This document shows, piece after piece, positions 1 through 10,600 of a DNA stretch of 64,000 bases (positions are counted from its first letter, which is position 1; each line of letters begins with the position of its first letter). The DNA comes from Oopsacas minuta (Eukaryota > Animalia > Porifera): contig JAKMXF010000066.1 in assembly GCA_024704765.1 (NCBI GenBank), positions 1,237,883 through 1,301,882 of the forward strand, read 5' to 3'. A program made the translations under genes and the position numbers. Below the pieces are notes generated by a model, which saw only the letters and a list, made by a program, of their open reading frames with translations, searched no databases and had not been told where the DNA came from.

Positions 1-126
1 CTTGACCCACGATTCGATAACCCAATAATCAGCGCTGTTTTAGACGATTTGATAGTGAAAGGTGAATTCAACGCTGAATTTGAAGATCTTTTATGCTCAA
101 CCTTTACAAGTTCACAGACTTTATAG
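1..126 (+). CDS. Possible 3' end of a gene starting upstream of the window (…LDPRFDNPIISAVLDDLIVKGEFNAEFEDLLCSTFTSSQTL*)
   Basis: Frame 1 is open from base 1 to TAG at 124-126 with protein-like composition; no family recognised. Confidence 0.3.
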   Translation, partial: LDPRFDNPIISAVLDDLIVKGEFNAEFEDLLCSTFTSSQTL

Positions 127-998
127 AATTTTCTCGAATAACATAATTTCTACCATCATCTTATAGAATAATATCACTTTTCGATGTAATTTTTTAGCTC
201 TTTACAACCTAAAATCGAATTAATTTTACGAATTTTTATTGATCATGTAAATTTGATAATTCTTTACTACTTTCTAGGAATTCTATACTTTGTTATTACA
301 ACAATTCTAAATAAACATATTATGACGAATGTTGAAAATATGTGTATTATGTTGTTCCTAGAGCAGGGGGCCCGTGCAGCTTCTCAACTTTAAAGTTAAG
401 GACATACCAAATTACCACCAATAATTTCCGGGGCGATTGTAAATTTCAACTCCCCCTTGAGAGGGGATTTGCGATTTTTGTAATCTTATGTGTTTACATT
501 ATGTGTCTTTATCCTAACGAACAGTAGACAAGTCTAAATATACGGAAATGACGATTCTGTCTAGCAGTTATGAATTTTATAAGCCTCTGGGGAGTGATTA
601 TTTGATGGAGGGCTATTATTCGGGCTAATAAGGTACTTGATAACTTTCGCTAAATATTTAGCTGATCAACGTGACAATGAAACAAGTATAAGAGTTGGAA
701 AATTTGGCGATATCATAACACCGCGCCGTGAAATGTACACTCTGTGTGTCGAATTAATCCTCAGCTTCATTCTAGATGTTTTAGGGATAGTTTGATAAGA
801 ACATGTGCATCTACCAACCCCTTGAATTCATTTCCCAGAATTTTTACAAGGACTTTTAGACAATTTTTTGGAGAGTATGCATGAGGTGAAATTTTTGAGT
901 GATCTAATTGGTCATGGTATATGTGTGTTAATTAATCACAATGTTTGTTTGTTTTGTTTTCAGAATTATAAGTTTTCTATATCAGCTAACACTGCACT

Positions 999-1108
999 AT
1001 GGATCAATGTGAGTGTATATGTTGGTATATTCGAGCTATGCAACGAATTTTTGAGATGATTTCTTCAGGAAATGGTTATTGTACTCAAAATCAATGTTTT
1101 CCCACAAC

Positions 1109-1139
<31 letters not shown>

Positions 1140-1301
1140 ACGGATACAAACACATTATTACAACCGGATAATTTAATTTTGTTTGCGTTGTTTTTGTTTT
1201 GGCTTGTCTTCTCCGTTTATTATTTCCTGTTTCTAAGACCAAATATTCGTACAAGAAAGATTCAAAATTTCGCTGATAGAGACAATGAAGGGATTATGTG
1301 A
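999..1301 (+). CDS. SMIM14: Small integral membrane protein 14 homolog, with a polyQ insert
   Basis: N-terminal DQCECIC…AMQRIFEMI…YCTQNQCF matches SMIM14 DPCECVC…AMRRLINLL…YCTDTECL; a single TM helix is followed by FLRPNIR (cf. LLRPPNLR); 100 aa. Confidence 0.85.
1110..1139 (+). repeat. (CAA)10 coding microsatellite encoding Q10
   Basis: Pure CAA run read directly, in frame within the SMIM14 ORF. Confidence 0.95.
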
Positions 1302-2802
1302 ATTGAATCAATTCAAATTTAATTATTTCTTATGGAATTCTGATTTGTTTTATTAATATTACTCTTATTACAAGTATTATACATTGTATTGAGATTTTAT
1401 TATTTAATAAAACTACAAGTTCAGTTACAAACTTATTGGGTGGGAATTGTTACAAAATCGAAAGGCAGATTTGGTGAAATATTAATCAACTTGAAGGTAA
1501 TAAATCTTGTGTTGATCAAACAGAATAAATGTATTACAGATTTTTCCAAGTTGTCAGTCAAGGCCACTGTTCATATTGAAGAGATTTATACAAACAACAC
1601 AAATGATACAAGGTGTATGTAATCTACAGCCTGCTATTTGTCCTCTGTAGTTATATAGTAAATGATGGAATGCTTGTGAGTAGGAAAAAGTTGCAGTTGT
1701 AGTAAGTCCATTGTTTGACATCGATCTAACATCAGCACGCCAAAAACAAAGTCCTATCTAGTTACAAAGGAGTTCGTCTATTTTGCAAATTTTAGCTCAA
1801 ATGTTTACGCTAATTTGCAAACCAATATTACTCTATGTCCTTTGTAAACAACTCATCAATATATCTCTTTCTCCCTCTTTACTGAGAATATGATAACAGA
1901 AGTACAAAAAGTAATGACAAATATTAACAAACAATATCTTCTCTATGCATAGTCAATAATCACTGCTAGATATATTAGTTTATATTAGTAAATCAGTGGA
2001 ATCAAAGACATTGACTGATTATCCTTCGTGTATAGTGTAACGAAGTTTGGAGACGGTTTTAGTAGCGTAATCAGGCTGGACAAAGCTCAAGAAGTAATCC
2101 AAATTCGTACTTAATTAAAATATTATAGATTAATGCAGAACAATACTATTTTGCGCAATAGTAACCTATAATAGTCGCGTACTGTAAGAGAATGTATTGT
2201 AGTTTCTATTCTCTAAAGCACCGGTTCACAACTTGGGGTCAATAGGCGACAGCAGGATGTCCCATAAGATCTCAAATTTGTATTGCAGTCTACGGAAGGG
2301 GGTCCACATATGTGAAATTAGTGTATAGGTCTACGCGTGGAAAATGTTGTAAATAGCTGCTTTAATTAATGTAGGTAAAATAATGATGACATTTAGAAAT
2401 TCAGAGATGCCAACTCTAACGAGTTACCCGTGAGTCTCATGATTTTTCTGAGCTCTAAAAGTTAAATCTCGCGCCAATTTTTGTTTCTTCACTGTACATT
2501 TTGATGCAGAAATGCGAAATCTCACACCCATTCTGAGGAAATTTCATACTCACGGTTGGAGAGGCGCCAGACTGGATAGAGAATTAGTTCTTTATTGAGT
2601 TTGAAATTAACTATATGGCTTACTGAACTATAGTCAGCTGGAGAAATTCATGTTAAGAAACATACTCAAGACAAGTGGAAATTATATACACAATTTCGCA
2701 GAATCAGAAATTATCACTAGTAAGATTTTAGAAATAATTTCAGCCCATAAACTCAGAAACTAGAATACCAAATTATAAATATTGGGAAGCTAACTGAACA
2801 AA

Positions 2803-3999
2803 ATGGCAGGCCCACACCCGACGGACATGGAAATTGAAACACAGTTCAACCAACTTACAATTGAAACTACACTCTCAATGAAAAACGCTGTTCTCGTCTA
2901 CTCAGAAGATTTTGCACAAATTCAAAATAACATGCCAAGAATCGCAGAACGTGCTTCTTTCGTATTTGAGCTAATCAAAGCATACAAACTTTTCGAAAAA
3001 TTACAGATAAAACAGCCACAGACAATAACACCAAATGATTTAGCAATATTCCATTCGAAAGATTACATAAAGAGTATATTGCATGCAGAAAATGAATCCA
3101 TTACGAATGGTGATGAATTCACTCTAGGTTACGATTGCCCAGTGTTCGACAATGTATATAGTTTTGCATCAAGTGCTGTATCGGGTACACTAACAGCTGT
3201 AGATTCTCTACTACAAGGAGAAACTATGGTAGCAATCAATTGGTGTGGTGGTTGGCATCATGCACAGCGTGACATGGCATCAGGATACTGTTATTTCAAT
3301 GATATCGTGATTGGCATTATAAAACTGCATGAAAAGTTTCGTCGTGTACTCTACATAGATTTAGATCTACATCATGGTGATGGTGTACAAAACGCGTTTT
3401 ATTACACAGATAAAGTTTTGACTGTCTCTTTCCATAAATATTGCTCTGGCTTTTACCCAGGGACAGGTAGTGTGAAAGAAATTGGTGAAGGAAGTGGTGA
3501 ATATTTTTCAATAAATATCCCATTCAAAGACGGATTGGATGATGACACAATGGTTTCTGTTGTGAATTATATTCTTCCAGGTTTATACGAGAAATATAGG
3601 CCAGATGCTGTGGTAGTACAATGTGGTGTTGATGGCCTAGCACACGATCCAATGGATTCATTCAATCTGACCGGAAATGCTTATATCCACACAATTAATA
3701 TGGTCATTAACTGGAAATTACCTCTGCTTATTTTGGGTGGTGGTGGGTATGATACCCCGAATACAGCCAAAGTATGGACACGGGTTACAGCATTGGCTTG
3801 TGGAGTTTGTTTGAATGAAGATATACCTGATCACATACAATTCATACACTATGGTCCTGATTTCACACTCACTATATCACCCAGCTATAGAACTAACTAC
3901 AATTTGAAGAACAACTATCTCACATATTTGATGACGGAAATTCAGTTACTCATAGAAGATATGGGTAAACGAGTTGAAAATTGTAATACAGTTGTTTAA
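2803..3999 (+). CDS. HDAC8: Histone deacetylase 8 (class I), intronless
   Basis: LGYDCP, AINWCGGWHHA, YIDLDLHHGDGV, GFYPGTG, HDPM, LGGGGY and C-terminal IPDH…YGPDF motifs; catalytic His-His, Zn-binding Asp/His/Asp and Tyr are all intact. Confidence 0.95.
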   Translation: MAGPHPTDMEIETQFNQLTIETTLSMKNAVLVYSEDFAQIQNNMPRIAERASFVFELIKAYKLFEKLQIKQPQTITPNDLAIFHSKDYIKSILHAENESITNGDEFTLGYDCPVFDNVYSFASSAVSGTLTAVDSLLQGETMVAINWCGGWHHAQRDMASGYCYFNDIVIGIIKLHEKFRRVLYIDLDLHHGDGVQNAFYYTDKVLTVSFHKYCSGFYPGTGSVKEIGEGSGEYFSINIPFKDGLDDDTMVSVVNYILPGLYEKYRPDAVVVQCGVDGLAHDPMDSFNLTGNAYIHTINMVINWKLPLLILGGGGYDTPNTAKVWTRVTALACGVCLNEDIPDHIQFIHYGPDFTLTISPSYRTNYNLKNNYLTYLMTEIQLLIEDMGKRVENCNTVV

Positions 4000-4672
4000 A
4001 TGATAGATTGATCATCGCCCCTTACTGACAGTTTTGTAAGTCTATCAGTGTGCTAGTCATATATACATACTTTATTGGTAGAATTTCAAGACTAGCTTAA
4101 GTAGCATTTGCAGTCATAGTGCTAATAATTCGCAATTATTATTACACTGGTTAGCGTTATAAATGTTGGGAAACAAAGTATTTTGCTGGTCACTTGGCAG
4201 GGTGTGATACAGAGGGAGACCTGCGATTCCCCCCTTCCAGGAATTGTATTAACTTCATGGTGATTAACTAGAGTAATTCAAGAATCAATGGTGCAGTACT
4301 GCTTACATGTATTTTATAGCACAGGATGATTCTGTCAATTAACTACAAAAGCACACATTAAATTTGGCCTATACATGTATATGCCTATATCCTATAGAAC
4401 GGTTTGTTTCTAGAAGCTCACACCGCAAGCAAAAAATTCTGTATCAAACCCTTATGGGGTGTATAAATCCGTAAAGATATCTGTATTGCATAAATAGAAA
4501 ATGGATCCAAATAATTGGCCGTTGGAAAGCATGGAATATTTTATCTTCAACCCCCCTTGAAAAGTTCTAATTTCGTCCCTATAACTCAAAATATATATTG
4601 GTAATAAAATAATTTTTTTAAAATAAACACGCAAAAAGCGTTCAAAGGGAAAAATGGCTTCATAAGTATGGA

Positions 4673-7600
4673 TTATGTTTGTTTTTTCAATATATCTTGC
4701 TGCATCTTCGGTATTTGATCGAGTTGAATAAGCTTGTCCATTATTATTTCTTGATTCTTAGTTATTTTTTGATCAAGTTTACTATAGATCTCATCCAAGC
4801 GTTTTTCAACCTTTTCCAATTCTTCTGATTGTAATTCATGTTGTGTATTCTCGTCAGGCTCACTACGAATGTTGTCCGTTAGTTTATCTTTAGATTCTTT
4901 GTTGGAATTGCGTTGATCCTTCGTTGCTCCGTCATTACCACTTCCAACAGAGTTATTGATACGCTGGTTATATCTTGCATAGTATGACTTCCAGGTCTCT
5001 AATGAGATTATAATGCGCTCTACTATTATACGTTTCAACGGTCTACGTAATGGGGAAATCACTTTAAATAGGATACTCGATTGAGTCTCGTAATCTAATG
5101 CAAGTTCCGCTTTGAAATCTAACAGCTCTTTGTTCGTATATATTGTTGTATAGGTTTGAGAGAGTTGTGCGATAAATACATTAAGAAGGACCACAATTAT
5201 ACAAAAAGCAAATACAAGATAGAAAGCGGAGAATAAAAAAGGCACTTCACGAAAAGATCCTTCATAATTACCTGGGCCTCCATCAATGATGAATAATAGA
5301 CCAGAGAGAAATGGTGTTGTTAGAGGAGAAAATGGCAAAGAATCATCCCTAAACCAGCTTGAAAATGAGCATTGTACACCGTCAGTACAATATGTCCTAG
5401 CGACTAGTTGTATACTCCCGATGTAGCTGATAAGTAGGATTATTATTACAAGAGAGAACCTTGGGACATCTGCGGAAAGGACGTTAGAGAGAGTTTCAAT
5501 ATACACGCCGAGAGATGGAAACATTTTGGTGTATTTGTAAAACTTGAAAGTGAAAAATGTGAATGTTAGAGCAGAGCACATCCAATGTAAAGCGCTCCAA
5601 ATTGGACTGATGGCTAACAACAGGCGAAGGCAGAATAGAAGTAATAAGAAAAAAACGCTACAAATATCGATGATATTATAAGTTTCTCTGAAATGTCGGT
5701 AAACTGCACGAGGGAAGAAATCACATTTACGATCAAAGTTATACATTACTTTATCGAGCTTCACTGGAAATTCATAGAAAACACGTCTAACCACTTTCTG
5801 AATTGATCTAGTAAATTTATTCGATTCTCTGTCACCATAATATTGAACCTGACGTTTCCTTATGTAATCAAGCTCACAAGAAGTGAAGAAAAGGTTCTGA
5901 AGATAACGCCATTTCGCTTCAATCTCTAATAACTCATTTGTAATAAAAAACCATGTAACAATCAATATGTACGATTCAAGGCAAAATCTGAAACGATCTC
6001 TATGAGTGTCATAGAGGAATAATTCAGAATCACATTTGGAAGAAGCGAAATACAATGCAAGACACAATGGAATATACAAGAAGATAAAGTATAGGAAGAA
6101 CAGACTCATGAACCACCACCGATAGATAATCAATTTCTCCTCTATTAAAAATTTCAAGACAGGATGATACTTGTACTTCATAACATTAGATCGATACAAT
6201 TTATGCCATAGCGGAGCCAGATGAAAATTAAAAAATCTAAAGTTTGGATAATCCCCCTCCTCGTTCGAATCCATTAGTTTTGTATCGATCTGTACATTAC
6301 GGCTGTCTTTGATAACGGTTTTGGCAAGAACCTTCGAGAAATTGTGATAATCTCCATTGTTAACCATTCTGTGCACGACATCTGGACAAGCTTCGAAGTA
6401 CTCACGATCACAAAGATCCACAAACAAATCTACCATTTCTTGTTGTCCACGTTTCCGTGCAAGATCAATTGGGCTATGACCATCTACATTTCTACCATTC
6501 ATTATATGAGTGAATAAATCAATCTTTGCCTTGTGGATGTATGGAATGATATACTCTGCGGTTTCAAAGGACTTGTATTTGGCTAGATAATGAATGACAT
6601 TATTCTTATTTGGGTCACACGTATCAAATGTATCCAGTAAGTACTCATAATTGGTTGTAGTGAGTAGTTTGAAGAATTGAATACGATCCAATCTAGCTGC
6701 TAACATTACAGGCGTAATACCATCTAGATCACAGTGCATTAAAGCTTCCACATATGTCATTTTGTTATAGGGGGGTTTAATGAATTCATCTTTTTTGGTT
6801 GCTTCATCTAAGAAGAATTTCATGACTTCATAAGCCATTAGATCTGAATTGTCTCTGTATTGAATGGCGTAATGCAGGACACGCTTGCCATCTCTATCAG
6901 AAGCTGCGAGAGCAATTCCATATCTCAGTAATAATTCTATTCGTGAGACACTGCTTTGTTTCGCAGCATAATGTATTATAGTGCAGTCAGCTGAACTGAT
7001 ACGTCTTTTCAGATTTACCCTTTCATTTTCTTGTTCAGAGTTTGCCATCAGTTTCTCTTCGATATATTTGTTACTGATAGTGTCATAGGCTAGCAGATTA
7101 AGGTATTTATTAATGTTTGCACCTTTCTCATGCTCAACGAGCGATATAGCGAATTTTGTATGATCTCTCTGCATAGCCACTTCGAATGGTGTGCCTCTAG
7201 AACTATTCAACTGTATGTCAGCACCTGCAGCTATCAATAAACCACCAATAGCCTCATTACCTGATTCAGCTGCGATGTGTAGAGGGGTTTGATCTTCAGT
7301 ATCGCGAGTTGAGAGAATTCTTCCTACAATATTTCCAAACTCTTTATCTTCATGTTTACCAATTTCTTCAATCGCATTAATGATTCCCTTCACTAACCCT
7401 TGATTATTTTCGAATACAGCTAAATGTATTAACAGTCCTTTCCTTCCATCGCCAAATGACACTTCGTCGTATGAATGTTTCCATGGTTGTAACATACAAT
7501 TTATGATAGCCTCATCCTTAGGAATGCAAACAGGCATTTCTTTTTTCTTATTTTTATATACCAATGGTTTCATGTATTCCAATTCACGATCAGCTAAGTG

Positions 7601-10600
7601 ATGCTCTTTTCCTTTCTTTATCACATGAGACATAATGATTTTCACTGTTTCAAAATCAACATTCTTTGTTGCTATATGCAAAGCAGTGTTACCATCTCGA
7701 TCAGATTTTTCTAACGGTACACCTGCATCAAGTAGTAACTTAGTCATAAAGACTTTCTGTCTGTCTCGTACTGATATGTGTAATGGAGTTAAGGCGTCGG
7801 CATTCTTTTTGTCCAAAATAACGTCATACTTTTTCTCTTTATCCTGATTCTTTACAGCAGTAATGACCTTCTCAAACAATTCCATATTGGCTTCAGGCTT
7901 TTTATGAATCGTAGCCAAATGTACGATAGTGTTGCCGCTGGATTTTTGCATGACAGAGAGACTGGCCTTGTTATCAATGAGAATCTTGACGACTTGTTCA
8001 TTAGAACCTATTATTGCGATTTGTAACGCAGTATGACCTCCGCTATTTTCAAGATTTAACAAACCTATAAGTTTGCCAGCTATATCTTCATCGTTATTCA
8101 TTTTTTCGATCATCTCTTTTATACTTTGGAAGGCTGCGTTTTCTTTATTGGTTGGATTTTGCAATAGAACGTGCAGGATCCCATTTCCATCTTGATTTGT
8201 CTCTTCAACATCGGCACCACGTTTGATTAACGCAATGAAAAACTGATATTTTCCAGAGTTTATGCTTATCTGCAATGCAGACTGATTTACATAGTTCCGA
8301 GTTTTCAGGATTTTTTGTCTTCCTTCCCCTCTCTTTTCGAAGTTTTCCGTCTCTTTCAGTAGATACTCGAGAGTTGTAAGATTTTCTACTGTGTTTTTAG
8401 CTGCACAATGTATTAGAGTATTTCCATAGGTATCAACTGTCTCATATTCAAAATCAGGTTGTTTCTCTTCGCATAAAAACTTCATTACAGGCATGGATGC
8501 GTATTGTGCAGCCAGATGCATTATACCCATTTTAGCACTAAAATTGATCTCACCGTCGTCAATTAGTTTTTGAACAAGCTCGGGGCATTTACTAGCGAAA
8601 CAGTGTGTCATTATGGATTTACATTCTTCATCGCTAAACTTTACATTCTTCATCCCTAAATATTCGACATCCTTTTCTGGTAAAACTTCGGTATCCTTTA
8701 GTTGTGGAAGTGTTGAAACTAGGTACTTATCTCCAAATTTGTATGCAACTATGTACTCGTTGATTTGAATGTGGTCTTTCTTTTCCCTTTTACCAAGCAA
8801 TAAGTTGCCATTTTCAACAGAGGCCCCCACAGTATACGTATCGCATCCAATTTCTCCAATCTCTATCGACACTTTTGCACCTAAGTCAATTAGTGTCTGA
8901 GTAAAATTCAAGCTCTCACGTTTTATCGCTAAATGCAATGGAGTGAATCCATTATTGTCCATGATGTCAAGAAGATGGCTGTCTTTTACATCCTTACATA
9001 GATCTAAGAATTTTTTGTCACGATTATTACCAATAATGGAATGCAATACTGTCCATTGTTTATCTGCATCTCGTAATTTTAGTGCAGGCCATTGTTTATC
9101 CGTATCTCGTAATTGTAGTGCATATTTGATTAGCTTTTCGAACGCGAAATAGAAATCATACTCCACTGTGAGATGTAAGGCAGTTTTACCATCAAAGTCC
9201 TGTAAACTCAAAAGTAGAAGACCGAAACGATTTAGTTGTCCATCTTCTGTTTTGAGTTGTTTCAGAACCTCAGAAAATATATCTTCATTCTTTGTGATAA
9301 CAGCATGGTGCAGGATAGATCTATTGTGGCTGTCGAGGTAAGTAATGCTATCTGGATTGAATTCACGAGTATAGCATAATATTTTCTGTAGAATGCTAAG
9401 AGCAATATTTTGGTTTGATTTGGTAATTTTAAAGTAGCGATCCTTGGATATTGCAGTATGTAACGGCGTTTGACCATTATTACTGCGTTGGTCGAGGATA
9501 GATTTATCAGAGATTTTCCTTAATTCTTCTGCAGCAAACAACAAATCGATTATTGTATATGCTTCTTTACAGTCAAGAAAGGTTGCGTAGTGTAATGCTG
9601 TGTAACCCTCTGGATCTCTTACATACAACTGTCCATAAGATGCGCTTCTAGACTCCTGATCGGGTTTATTCAAATCTTCCAACAGGTGTCGAACACATTT
9701 ATCGCTACCATAAGAGATAGCTAAGTGTAGGGGATTATATCCACATGTATGAAGGTCTAAGGACCCGAATGAAATCTGCCAAATCCAGCTCGCGTTGCTG
9801 TAAAGTTGATAATCAGTATCTTCTATAACTTGGGCTAGGGCTAAAGGTCCCGAACCATGCCTGGTTGATTCTAATATCGGCCATGAATAACCACGTGTAT
9901 CCTTCAGATTGAATAACATGGGATTCTTCTCAATACACATAGCCAGTACGTCAGTAAGGTAGAAAGGTTCATTTGGACGATATATAATGGAAAGATGGAC
10001 GATGGAAAACCCATAGAGTAAAGTAGGGAGAGATAAATTGGCTTTGTATCTGAAGAGGATAGTGAGTGCTGTAATATTTCCAGCTATAATGCTGATATGT
10101 AATGCTGTATATCTTTCTTGAGAAGCCAGTGAGTGTATCTCTCTTGAGGAGCCAGTGCCAGTACAATCAATCAAAGGTACACCGTTTATGAATGTAGATC
10201 CAGGTTTTTCCTCTTCCCTCTGTTTAATTTTGTCTAGAAGTGTATTTAGGTATGAATCAGTACTGGAGTTTTTCAGTATGATTTTGTGAATGAGTGTATT
10301 GCGTGTAGGGTCATAGTAATTCAACACAGCTTGATACTCCATAAAAGTGTATTTTAGAAACACATCAATCTTATCTTTTTCTAAGGCAATGTCCAGTGGA
10401 CGGAGACCATATTTATTCTCTATGTTTATTATTTCAGATAAACCTCCTACATTCTCAAGTACGTCAAGTAGAAATTGTACATTTTCAATGTCATTGTGGA
10501 TAGCACGGTGGAAAATTCCATTACCATCTTGATCTGTTGTGGTGTAATCAAATTCGAGTTGATTGATTATGTAATCAATTACTTGGCACGTTCCATATTG

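Noticed and set aside
606-633. GAGGGCTATTATTCGGGCTAATAAGGTA, resembling a pogo-type right end
   Set aside because: No left partner visible
2402-2570. CAGAGATGCCAAC hAT-like end upstream of HDAC8
   Set aside because: No matching right TIR or TSD found; at most a remnant
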